From Saccostrea cucullata (taxonomy: Eukaryota), in contig NW_026939883.1 in assembly GCF_032062105.1 (NCBI RefSeq), positions 1-64,000 on the forward strand: 64,000 nucleotides of DNA, read 5' to 3'. The notes under the pieces are model-generated. The model saw only the letters and a program-made list of their open reading frames with translations. It was not told the origin of the DNA and ran no database searches. The position numbers and the translations under genes were made by a program. Position 1 is the stretch's first letter, and each line of letters begins with the position of its first letter. This document shows positions 1-20,300 of this stretch, piece by piece.

Positions 1-109
1 TCAGTTGTAATATACTGTAACATTGTTTCCATGATGTCAAACAGAATTTGATTGTCATCTCATTTTCTATTCAATTAGTTTGTTGAAATTTATAATTTAA
101 TTAATTCAG

Positions 110-3100
110 CATTGGTGCCAAAACTCAGCCAGAGTCTAAATGTCCTGAACTTTTGGCCAACTACTGTGATATGTTATTAAGAAAGACCCCACTCAGCAAA
201 AAACTAACATCAGAGGAGGTGGAAAAGAAATTAAGAGATGTGGTATGTGACAAAAATAGCTGATTAAAAAAGATAAACCGTATCATTAAATAGAAGTTAG
301 ACTTTGAAATAAAGATATGTGTATTTGCAGCAAATGTCATGATTTGCCTCACTTATTGTTTTCTCAACAACGGGAAATTTGAATAACTGGAAATTTCAGC
401 TGTGTAAAAGTATGTTAATGTAAAGAATGTTGGTGTATTTCAGCTTTTGGTGTTAAAATATGTACAGAATAAGGATGTGTTTATGCGGTATCACAAGGCT
501 CACTTAACAAGGAGACTGATATTAGACACCTCAGCTGACAATGAGAAAGAGGAAAACATGGTGGAATGGTTAAGGGTAATTAGAGAGATTTGAATGGCTA
601 TTCTTAGTACATGTATATTCTTTGAAAGTATTTCATGACCTAGAATGGTTTTTAGTTTGCCAATATACATACATGACGACATGTAATGTTATGGTCCAAT
701 ATTTGGGCTAAAAAATTAAGGTACATGTGTATCACTTATATAACCAGTATGCATTTTGTGTGTGATGGTTTCTTATTTCTGTTCTTATCAGGAAGTTGGT
801 ATGCCAGCTGATTATGTAAACAAACTGGCCAGGATGTTCCAGGATATCAAAGTCAGTGATGATCTCAACCAAGAATTTAAAGACGCCCATCGGAACAATA
901 ATGAGGGTATAGCAGGTAAATTACAAGTACTGGCTGTATTTACAAGTTAGTCACTTAGAGAAAGTATGCAGGACCTTTATTTGAGGATATATTCATATTT
1001 ATTGGAAATTTTGGGGGGATGAATATGATTAATCAGTATTAATATTTGGACATTGTCACATTAGCATTAGTCCTGCAAATACATGCAGATATTATCTACA
1101 GAGTTATACAATTTTGGAATCTCCGTAATCTTGAATTAATTAATGCATTACACATGTAGAATCTGAAATATTACAAGGAAATGTATGTTAATTGAGATTC
1201 TTACATTGATTTTGCTCGTATGTGTGTTTTAGATTCAATTAATATAAAGATACTGAACGCTGGAGCTTGGGCGCGGTCGAGTGACCGGGTAACTGTGTCC
1301 CTGCCGATGGAACTGGAGGACTATATACCACAGGTGGAGGAGTTCTATCGACAAAAACACAGCGGCCGCAAGTTACAGTGGCACCACCTCATGTCTAATG
1401 GAATTGTAAGTAGATACATGGCACCACCTTATGTCTAACGGAATCGTAAGTAACAAATTACTGTAGCACTAGCTCATGTCTAATGGAATCTTAAATTCTT
1501 CATACATCAAAACTATGGGCTAACGTATATGTATCTTTTTCTTGTTTTGTTTCTCATTGCTCAAGTTTGAAGATGTGTGTATGTGATACCTATACAATTT
1601 TAAATTTAAGTTAAAAGAAGTAAAAATGTTTATAGCATGTATTAGATACATTGAAAATTTACATTTCTTTATAAGTGACCTTGCTTGCTTATGTTGTGAT
1701 TGTACAAGTTTATAATTTTTAAATTTAGATTACATTTGGCAATGATATAGGTCGATTTGACCTAGAAGTAACAACTTTTCAAATGGCGGTGTTGTTTGCG
1801 TGGAACCAGAGGCCTAAGGACAGGATATCTTACGAGAGTCTGAAGTTAGCCACCGAGCTCCCAGACACAGAACTCAGGAGAACTCTCTGGGTTTGTTCAC
1901 ATTTATAAACTTTATTTCATACTCAATATTCAATCTGAAAAATTTTGAATAAGGCCATCTTTATAAAATTGTTTGTTTGCCCTCTCTGGAATGGCTTGCT
2001 AAAAATGACCTGATTCAAATTTTTTAAACCTCGTTATATTTATAATAATGTACAGTACATTTTAATTAATAAATACATGTATTTCTTGTTTGCCTTTTAT
2101 AGTCACTTATAGCTTTTCCAAAGATCAAACGTCAGCTTTTATTATGTGAACCTGATGCCAAGTCCGCCAAAGACTTCAATGATGCCACTCAGTTCTGGGT
2201 GAACCAAGAATTCGCACTCATGTGAGTTATTCTGTTGTAAAGGATCTGATAGAAAGCTACTACTGTTAAAATCACATTTTTTTTTTGTGGGGTCAATTTT
2301 TCATGGTTTGAGGAAAAAAATATGGGTTCAAGGGGATTTAATTTCGTGGATAAAGAATTGTTGAGCAATAATCTTTGTGAAAATTTACATTTTATGGTGG
2401 ACATAAATTCATGGGTCTTTTCATTCCTGAAAACCACAAAAATTAAACTCCCATGAAATTTAATGATTTCACAGTATATCAACTTAAATCAGTATACTAG
2501 CTCATTATTGTATGTCCTCAAACACACTCCTGTTACATGTAATTTTAATATAGAATGATCGTAGAGGCCATCAGAGGCAAAAAATTAGTTAAGCATTTTA
2601 AACTACTTGTTTTACATAATTGTGCCTAAATTTTTCAGTAAAAATGGAAAGGTCCAGAAGAGAGGGAAGATAAACCTAGTGGGTCGGTTACAGCTGTCTA
2701 CAGAGAAAAGCAAAGAGGAGGATAATGAAGGAATAATGCAGTTGAGGATCCTTCGTGTTCAGGTAACTGAAGCATACAGACACTTTTTCCTTTTAGTAAC
2801 TTGAATAGTTTCGGATCTCAGAAGAGTGTGTACATATTGTCCTTCAGTATGAATCACAATGTAAAGGTCACAAGAGGTCATGAATTGATCCAAAACCTAA
2901 TTTGTTATATAGAGATCATTTGTATACAGTAAAAATTCCTGGAAAGAGGATTATTAAAAGCTACTAGTATTTTTCTTTTTATGCCAAGATTGTTATTAAC
3001 GAATTATCTTGTCAGTCAGAGGAACAGTTTTTGATTGAAATTTATTAGTGCAGTTTAGGTGATCAGTTACACCTCTTACAAAAGTATTATAGATTTAGTT

Positions 3101-3337
3101 TGTGGGAATACTGTGGTTAATAGTTAACATTTCTGTTTGTAGGAGGCCATCGTAAAAATCATGAAGATGAGGAAGAGGATCACGAATGCAGCTTTGCAGA
3201 CAGAACTCGTAGAAATATTGCGCAATATGTTCCTTCCATCTAAAAAACTAATCAAAGAGCAAATAGAGTGGCTCATAGAACACAAATATATGAAGAGGGA
3301 CGAGGAAAACATTAACATGTTCATTTACATGGCTTAA
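110..3337 (+). CDS. CUL5: Cullin-5, 3' part (5' exons lie upstream of the window)
   Basis: GT-AG exons 110-242, 444-575, 792-915, 1233-1405, 1729-1890, 2103-2221, 2639-2762, 3143-3337 splice in frame to ...KTQPESKCPELLANYCDMLLRKTPLSKKLTSEEVEKKLRDVLLVLKYVQNKDVFMRYHKAHLTRRLILD...EVGMPADYVNKLARMFQDIKVS...EAIVKIMKMRKR...INMFIYMA*. This closely matches the CUL5 C-terminal cullin and neddylation domains. Confidence 0.97.
2263..2474. mobile_element. Tc1/mariner-type MITE in a CUL5 intron
   Basis: TA|CTGTTAAAATCA...TGATTTCACAG|TA: imperfect TIRs, TA flanks. Confidence 0.6.
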
Positions 3338-5345
3338 TTGTGATACACGTGTAGGAATTCCAGAGAAGTGCAAAATAGATTTTACTCCGGAGCATGACAG
3401 TTCAGGTGTATGCTGTTGATATACTGCTGTCGTGGAAGCTTTTAGAACAGGCATTGGTCCATTTCCTGAAGGCACGACAGGAGTTTTCAGCATTTAACAG
3501 TGAATTTTATCACTCACAGTTTTTTCTTCTTCCTTTAAATATTTAAAGATCTGACACTTAACAATTATTAGTTTGTGGAAAAATTTACTATTAATGAGTA
3601 CATTTTTTTTTTTACATCTTTAATTAAATATTTTGTAACAAATTTGTACACTCCATCAAATTTAGTTATAAGCATTTCTTGAAATATCTGGAAAATTTCT
3701 ATCGGAATGTTGATTATAGAAAAAAAAATCTCTTACCTAGCAAGACATTTTAAGTGTGTATGTGAATACATGTATGGGAGAATGAGCAATACGTCATTAG
3801 TGTAATATGTGTAAACAATCTGAACTCAATTATTTTATAAGATTGATGACCAGTGTGCTATATCCTTAGGGCTTTCATCAGTACACTGATGGCATGTTTT
3901 TTCATCAAGCTTTTATTATTTGAAATGTTTCACAATATCAGTGTGTGTAAATCTTCTCAATGTTAGCAAGTCTTCTGGTCACTGAACCTGTATTTGTTTG
4001 ATAATTATCAAATGTTAACAACTACATGTCCATTTTGTTTGTTATGAATATTTAACAAAATTCAGATACACTAGCTTTGGAATGGATTATAAATAGTGGA
4101 AATTTTTTCTTCCTTAGCCAAGTAATGACCTTATTGAAATTGTTCACATAAATAACACGATTGATTCTTTACCTAATATTTATTATTACATGTACATGTA
4201 CATGTATGTGAACCATGATAAAAAAATCACAGATCATAAATAACCCACTTTATAGTTAGGTGTTGTTGGTGATCTGTTTATTCCTTTAAGTGATATAGAA
4301 ATTAATCTTATGCTTTAAAGCTGGTCCATTATCAAGGATTATTGTGACTAAACTTGAATTGATTACCGGTATACCTGTTACTAGGGATGCACACTACCAG
4401 ATGTGCTTTGAAATCTGGATCTGGTCCTCGTTTACTGGGTCATTGTAAATGAGTTAAAATGTTTGGGGCAGATCTGTAGATCCGTCCTGGACCAATCTTG
4501 TATAGATGTTGTATCTGAGGATGCACATTACCAGCACAATTAATTGATGGATGAGGTTCAGTCTAACTTATAGATAACATTTGTTGATGTGAGATTTATA
4601 ATCTTTAATTATCTATGCTTTCATGTAAACATTAAAATCAATGAAAAAATACATAAATATATGATAGTAAACCCCAGTACACAACTATTAATGTGTCATC
4701 GTCCATTTTACTACACTTGTTTTCTACCTCTGGACATAATGGTTTTAGATGAAAACGTAGGACCCTGCTGCAGGATTCTACCTTATACAGTGGCTTTTTG
4801 TTTGTATTAAAAGTTAAAGGGGATTATACTGCACATAATATCATAAAATTTATATTTGCCCAGAAGAAGGATTTTTTAAACACACATTCAAGTTCGTTTT
4901 GTCCCTTTTGAATATAGATGGTTTGCTTAAATAGCTCTGCTTTAAATTACCTAAATGCAAAAAAAAAAATAATAAATAAACAGTATTACATGAATATTTG
5001 AACAAATGTACGGTTCCATTATGGTTTAGCAGGATCTGTGTTTTAATGTACACATAAGTTGCACATGTGCATCAATATGAAAATAGACCATTTCTTTTTC
5101 TGACATAAAGAGTGGTAATTTCGTAAGTCCCCCCCCCCCCCCATCATTTAATATATATGTAAACATTAATAGAAAAGTTCTGGAAATTTTGTGCACTTCA
5201 ATTTAAATTATTTGTGCTTGAGTTTAATTTCTGGCAGGGGTAATGAGTGATGAGTTATATATATGTGGTGTATACAAGATTATATGTGTATGTAAATGAA
5301 TGAGCTGTTTCAAAATATGTGAAGTATTAAAAACAAATTTTGTGT

Positions 5346-5351
5346 AATAAA
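5346..5351 (+). terminator. Candidate polyadenylation signal of CUL5
   Basis: AATAAA followed by a T/GT-rich tract about 2 kb after the stop codon. Not confirmed by transcript data. Confidence 0.4.
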
Positions 5352-5771
5352 CCCCAAAATTAAGACATTGTTTTGTTTCATTTGACATCTAAAAATGGTT
5401 TTGTATGAAGCTGAAAATTCACTTTTATTACAGACTCAGAAACCAGTTTCTCAATTATTGCTATGTGTAATATCATAGCTCTTTTTTTTTTTTAACTGTA
5501 GTAATGTATTAAAAGTTACATTTGCCATTGATCAATCAATATCACACCAGGTAATATAGTGGGTTCTACTCTCATGACTACATTGTATATATATGACCTC
5601 TGATTTCTCGTTATACATGTACATGTATATAATTTAGGCTCACCTGACCTGAGAGCTCCTGAACTTTTTCATCTAAATTAAATTAGATGCTACGAATTTG
5701 CTACTATTTCTCAAAACAGTAGCTTATTATTGTTGAGTGTTACATATACCACCAATGAGAAATATTTATTG

Positions 5772-6190
5772 TAGGGCTGGGCAATAATATCGATATTTCA
5801 ATATATTGCAATACAAAGACAAAAAATATCGTATCGCAATACGATTTTGTAATATCGATATATTGGCAATATACTTAGATTAAGGAATTTTGTCATCAAA
5901 ATGATTAAATATAAAAAAGGAATTATGAAAGTTTGTTATTAAGACAAACAGTAAGACAGAAGTTGTTTTGTGGGAACTTTTAAGAGCATAACTTAAATGA
6001 AATCAACAAGATTTTTTTCTTCATGTTGGTTACTTATCACAGTTTTGTAAATTATGCATGTAAATTAAAGTAAATATAGTAAGAAAATGCCATTTTTATT
6101 ACATTGAAAATATTGCAATACATTTCGCAATACAATTAAAAATATCGCAATATATCGCAATACGAAATCTCTGGCCAATACCCAGCCCTA
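5772..6190. mobile_element. hAT-type MITE between the convergent CUL5 and POLR2F 3' ends
   Basis: TIRs TAGGGCTGGG...CCCAGCCCTA; 8-bp TSD ATTTATTG at 5764-5771 and 6191-6198; subterminal ATCGCAATA/ATTGCAATA repeats. Confidence 0.85.
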
Positions 6191-6427
6191 ATTTATTGTA
6201 TCCATGTGAATCATTCAATCTAAATATCCCACAATTCACTGTGACCCACAAGTTCTGTACATACATAAATGTACCTTTCACTTCAACAATAACTACACTG
6301 AAACAAGAATGATTTTTCTTTTATTAAATGAAATGATGAAATGATAAAAAAAAAATGCTTTCATACATCCATCCACTCTTTCAGAAACAAACAATAAACA
6401 GTCAATCTCCATACTACACGGCCACAA

Positions 6428-13882
<7,455 letters not shown>

Positions 13883-14234
13883 ATTGCACAACAATGTTTT
13901 TGTAAAAGTAAAGCGGTCACGGAAAAAAATCCGGATAAAGATTACAGGGGCTCATTGAGCAATTTTTTCATTAAAGCAACAATCTAAATTATTACTTTCA
14001 TTATGTTGATTAGGTTCTACAATTGAGATTTTAATAAAGAATATCGCAAACTAAACAACAAGATTTGTGGGTGTTAAGCTGAATTTCTTTTTAAACACTA
14101 AAAAATATTATGGTCGGTTTGAGGAAGGGGGGAAGGGGGGATTGAGAATAGAGAAGTCGGTCCCATCACAAAGGGACAAAAATTAATCTGACTCTCAATT
14201 TTTAATACCATCCGCACAATCTCTTACTAAAGGA

Positions 14235-14745
14235 GACCAAGTCTTCCAACAATCGATTGGAATTCCCATGGGAACCAATTGCGCCCCGTTTTAAAGCAGA
14301 CTTAATTTTGTATTTTATTTGAGGCAGAATTTGTTCAAAATCTTATACGTGGAGAGAATATTTAAGAGAACAATTGCTGTGGCCTTCAACTCAACAAGTA
14401 GATATATCGACAACGTATTATTATTTCCACTCTTATGTCGATACAATGTATCCCGATGAGCTTGAAATAAGATATATCACAGAGTCTGACACATCTCATG
14501 GGCAGATACAGGATTTTTGATTTGGGTGGTTGGTGGGGGTAGAGAACCTCGTTTAGGCAAGGGATGGGGGAGGGGCTTTAAGGCTATAAGGGCAGGTTTA
14601 TCAAATTACTTTGTAATTGTTAGACCATTATTTACACAATGGATTGTCGACATATTTCCCCGCTATTTCACGATCCTGACAAGGAGCACACGGCAGGTGT
14701 GACTGGGCAAGGGATGCTCACTCCTCCGTGGCACCTGATCCCATG
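14235..14745 (+). pseudogene. Degenerate Penelope-like retroelement reverse-transcriptase fragment
   Basis: Broken frames read VFQQSIGIPMGTNCAPF...EAEFVQNL...AVAFNSTSRYIDNVL...YVDTMYPDELEI (GxPMG and YxDD-like motifs), with stops and frameshifts. Confidence 0.75.
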
Positions 14746-15453
14746 ATCATAAACTGAGAACAGACTTCAGTCAAAATTTCAAATCGATAAACTTTCGAAA
14801 TAATTTTGATTATAAAACAATTTTTTTATATGTTTTAACAGAAATGGTATTCAAAATTGCAAAGAAGATGGATGAACATGACGAGCAAAAATCCTGTAGC
14901 GTGACAAAATGAAGGTTAAAATTAAATCTAAAATTATATCAAATTTTCCTTTAATATTTCATCTGAAAGTACACTTTATGAAGAATCTCTACAGTTTGCA
15001 GAAATCTCACAAAGATTGAAAAGTTTTACCTTTGAACTTGTACACACACACGAAATAGGTTAAAAGGGACAATTTTCTCACACTTTAACACTATTTTTCG
15101 ATATGAGTGGGTCTTCTTTTTTTTTTTGAATAAATCCGCAAATTTTGCATAAAAAATATACATTTTGGTTACCAATATTATGGAGCAAACCCCCACTATA
15201 CCTTAAAAATATACTTTAATGACATAACATTCGCATCTTTTCGAGAAATACTTAGTCAAGGGCCATATCACAAACATGATTTTGAATGCAGCTAGTATAG
15301 TGTAGTGGTTAGTGTGCTAGCCTCAAAGAAAATCATACTCAGCTATTATAAATTGCCGATAAAAATTTCCTCGGTTTTGTTTAGCATACTTTTACAAACA
15401 ATAATAATGAGAGTTTTACTCTAAATACTAAATTCACATTAATTTAAATATGA

Positions 15454-16400
15454 TTTTTGTCCCCCGCTTTCGCGAAAGCGAGGGGACATTAAATCTCATT
15501 CGTCTGTCCGTCAGTCTGTCTAGCTGTCCGTCCGTCTGTCAGTCCGTCACAAAAACTTTAACCTTGCCCATAACTTTTAATTTAGTAGAGCTATGACTTT
15601 CATATTGCACATGTGTATTCCTTGTGATAAGACCTTTCTTTGGGTACCACCAAATTTGGCCTTTTGACCTTGACCTCGGAGTTTGACTCACTTTTACACA
15701 AAAATTCCAAACTTTTACTTTGGCTATAACTTCTGATTGGTAGATATTAGGACTTTCATATTTAAAATACACATATATATTTTTTGTGACAAGACCTTTT
15801 ATTGGATACCAACAACTTTGACCTTTTGACCTTGGAGATTTACGTACTTATGAAAAAACTTTAACTTTGACCATAACTTTTGAACGGTAAGGGCTAGGGC
15901 TTTCATACTTCATATATGTAATTCTTGTGAGAAGACCTTCCATTGGATACCAAAAATTTTGACCTTGACCTTGGAATTTAACCTACTTTTCAAAAACTTT
16001 GACCTTGGCCACAACTTTTGAACAGTAGACACTAGGACTTTCATATTTCACATATGTATTCTTTGTGGCTAGTCCTTTCATTTGATATCAACAACTTTGA
16101 CCTTTTGACCTTGACCTTGGGGATTTTTTGTACTTATGAAAAAACTTTAATCTTGACCATGACTTTTGAACGGTAAGGGCTAGGGCTTTCATACTTCACA
16201 TTTGTAATCCTTGTGAGAAAACTTTTCATTGGATACCAAGAACTTTAACCCTTTGACCTTGACCTTGGAGTTCAGTGATGATTTCTAAATAAATGACATA
16301 TGATAGGGTGTTCATATTACACACAATATGTCATAAAAATGACATCTCACCCAAAAAGACACCGAAAGCGGGGGACGACAGTTCCTTGAATTTGCTTGTT
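15454..16400 (+). mobile_element. Helentron/HINE-like non-autonomous element with internal ~145-bp tandem repeats
   Basis: Starts in a T-run; subterminal IR GTCCCCCGCTTTC / GAAAGCGGGGGAC; 5' hairpin; (GTCC/GTCT)n microsatellite; about 5 internal AAAAACTTTAACCTTG...TGACCTT units; ends CTTGTT. Confidence 0.8.
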
Positions 16401-17356
16401 TTATGTACAGGTATGTATTTTCCAGATAATGTTTTCAAGTTTAGGTATGGATAAACTAAAAAATATTACGGCTTTAAATTCATAAAGGCACATATTAATT
16501 ACAAATACGTTGAAAACATATGCAATTTTACAGAAATCATGCTTATGTTCAATTGCAGGAAACCTTCTATAGTTGAATTATTAACATTTTTCTGCTAAGG
16601 ACGAAAAATAATAGTTAGACCAAGAACTTCCCGATACATGTAAAACAATTTCACTATGGCTAATTGTGACGTTTTGGATGGGGGGCGCTTACGTTTATTT
16701 GTTTGTCTACGTCACAATTTAATTGACTTCACAACCTAACAAAAGGAAAAAGTAAGTATAGCAATTTTTTCTCTCTTGTATCTCTTTAAGACTTGATCGT
16801 TTTTTTTTCTTCAAATGTAAGAGTTCAGTGTTTGAAATCGGCACCAATAGATACGTATTTTTTTTTATCCAACATTCGACACTTTAAAAATTTTGTAAGT
16901 TTTAATTAAAGAAAATAAATTTAAATCTTATGTTTTTTACCTGGGATAATTCAAAAAAAAATTCTCAACTCAATTACTGGCAGAAATATCAATCACCCCC
17001 ACCCACTCCCTAATCCCACAACAATAAGTTACAGTGCCGTGTAAAGGCTATATAAAAAAAAATAAAAAATAAGTCTAGACCTAAAGAAAAAAATCTTTTT
17101 ATTCTTTGTGAAGATTTTCTGCTATTCTTACGTCATAATTACATTATCACGTGATCAAACGTCACAAACAGTGTGACGTAACAATCATCACTAAACAAAA
17201 CAAAACAGTATTGAGCTTGGAAGTAGAAGGTAAATTTAATCCAGAGCTTTGTTATAATTCTTCTTGTCAGAATTTTTTTTAGATAAATATATTTCATGGT
17301 ATTTTTCAAATTTCTGAGAAATATTATTGTTTCTTCATGTAGCAAGGCAAGCAACT

Positions 17357-20300
17357 ATGGAAATCGATTGGAATGAGATTTTAGATTTCGGCGACAGTGC
17401 TGTCACAGATGTTGTGAGTTTAACTTTCTTATACAAATGATTTTTTTATTAAAAGAAAAATAAGTTACGTCAGGTACCTGTGACAAATACATGCATGCAG
17501 TAGCTAGATTGTCAGATTTTATAATATCTTTTTCGTATTTTTTTAAAAATGGTTGTCGAATGCATATAATCATTAATATGATTTCAAAACTAAAATGATC
17601 AACATTGGCAACAAATGTACATCTACAAGCAATTTAAAGAGGGATGGGGTGGGGATACTTTTAATATACTGCTTTTCATGATATTTAATCTTTTTTTATC
17701 AATTATATCACCCATTGTTTTTTAGGACTCTAAGCTAAAGATCTTGAAATTTAGTTATAGTTGGGCAGATGCCGTTGAAGAGCAGGAGAGACTTGTGGAG
17801 GTGAATAATATAATATAAGGAGTAAAGTACATATACATGTTGTAGCTTTGTAACAAAAGAATGAGGCGTATTCTGAGAAAAGACATTTTTAATCAATTAT
17901 ATCACCCCCTCTGCGTTTTAATATTTTTTAATTTATTTTTCAATTTGATATGTGAAAACAAAAAAGAAAAAGCTTCATGTAGTATTTGTTTATCCTAACC
18001 ACTATCAGTATTGCATTATTTTAGTGATTCAAAGCTAAAGATTTCTTGAAATTTATTTTTATAGTTGGGCAGATGCATTTACGTTTCTATCATTTGAAGA
18101 GCAGGAGAGACTTGTGGAGGTGAATAATAGAATATAGGGAGTAAAGTGCATATACATGTTGTAGCTTTGTAACAAAATTTATGATTAAAATAGGGAAGAA
18201 AATTTATTTTGAAATTCAAATGATTTCTCTAGTGGCATACTTATTATACAATTATAAAACAAAGTTTGTAATTGCCACTCTCACTTTTAAACAATAGAAA
18301 AAAAGGTTATCTGTAAAAGTGTGCATGGTCATTTTATTTTCTTTGATATTTTAGGCCCAAAAGCAAGAAGACATGGAAAGAGTGCTGAATAAAGAGATAA
18401 CAGGAGAACAGACAAAGAGCAAACACATTGACAATGCCAGGTATGATTGTCAAATACAAATCTAATATCAGCACATCATATAGTTTTGACATATTTCAAT
18501 CCTTTATAATTATATGTACTCTAAGAGTTTTAAAATATTGAGATTACCAATAACATAAACATTGTATTTCTCTACACAGAGAGGAAACAGATTTTGGCGA
18601 TGAACCTGTTAAAGACTGGGTAAGTGATATTGGAGTTACATATTATTCTCGATTTAAATTTAATAAAACCCTGAACATAATTATATATCAGCCTTTACAT
18701 GACATAAGTTTCACATTCTGTTCCCTTTTATTTATTAATCCCATGTAGATGTACCAGTATTTATTCTTTACTTACAGAGAACAAAGCTTCAGATTTTAAA
18801 GTTTGACTATTCATGGGCAGAGAGGGTTGAGGAAGAGGAAAGAAGAACTGAGGTATTTTAGTCCATTCAAATTTACTCAATGGGGATTCCAATGATAAAT
18901 ACCACTGTTTGCCTTTGACTAATTTTGTTTTTGTTTTATTTACAGTTAGCTAATACTGTGGGACAGAGAACTGGAGTGGAGAGAAGCAGACTTGAGTCAA
19001 CTCATAGAAGAAAGCAGACAGACAACTTCAGGTACTGATTCAATTTTATTGTTACAGTTTTTTACTTTCAGTTACATTAGAATATTTTTTATTTTGTACT
19101 GTAAATAATTTATAGCTCTGTACTTGGATTAAACAAAATCTGACTGAAGATAATTAATTAAATTTAAAATAAACAATTTTAATAAAAATCTTTTCTTTTT
19201 AATTTGAATTTTTGCCACCACAATTTGTTTATAATATATTGCATAAATCTATGGACTTGAAAATATAATAATAAAAACATCATTGCAAAAAATGTTTACA
19301 ATATTGATCGTATCAACACTTTCCTTCATTAGATATGCGGATGTCAAAATGAGTTCGCTATATCCGTAAATTCGCTATATCCGTGTTCGTACTAAACGAG
19401 TTTTACTGTAATAAAAACATCATTGCAAAAAATGTTTACAATATTGATCATATCAACACTTTCCTTCATTAAATACGCAGATGTCAGTTAAGTTTCAGTG
19501 TCTAGTGCAGTACAAAAACCCCTTTTCATTTTTTAGGGAAAAGATATATGTTGCAAAGAAGCTTCCAAACAACTCAGTAAAAAGACAAAACTATTCTCGA
19601 AGAATAAAACAAGAGGTAAAGTGTTCATTCTTACATACAGATATGAGTATATGCATAAATGTACGTTATACATGTTTATATTAATTTATCAGGAACATTT
19701 TTTTCCTTCTTGAATTTCTTTTAACTGATTATTTTCTTGCATTCAGTAAAACAAGGCAATAAAATTACATTTATTTACCTATTTTTTAGATCTTCAAACC
19801 ACCAACAGAACAAAGAAAGAATGTGAACATATATAACAAGAGAGATTTTCCTAAAGAGGGCCAACAAATTACAAACACTAGTCTAACAGAAAAACAGTCT
19901 ACCACTGAAAGGATAAAGATAGCAGAGCTGAGAAAAGCAGATAAACAAGTTATCCCAGCAGAAAAGAAGTCAGCCCGGCTTATCACAGAGAAAAAGTCTG
20001 CTGAACTTATCACAGAGGAAAAGTCAGTTGAGCTTATCACTGAAGAAAAATCAGCCCAGCTTATCCCAGAGGAAAAGTCAGCCAAGCTTATGACAGAGGA
20101 AAAGTTGGCTGAGCTTATCACAGAGAATAAGTCAGCAGAGCTTATCACAGAGGAAAAGTCAGCCGAGCTTATCACTGAAGAAAAGTCAGCCCAGCTTATC
20201 CCAGAAGAAAAGTCAGCTGAGCTTGTCACAAAGGAAAAGTCAGCCCAGGTTATCACAAGAGAAAAAGTCAGAATGTGAACATTAAAAAATGAGGAAAAGA

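Noticed and set aside
15292-15325. tRNA-like TAGTGTAGTGGTTAG (A-box)
   Set aside because: No B-box/T-arm or complete cloverleaf. At most a SINE-head remnant.
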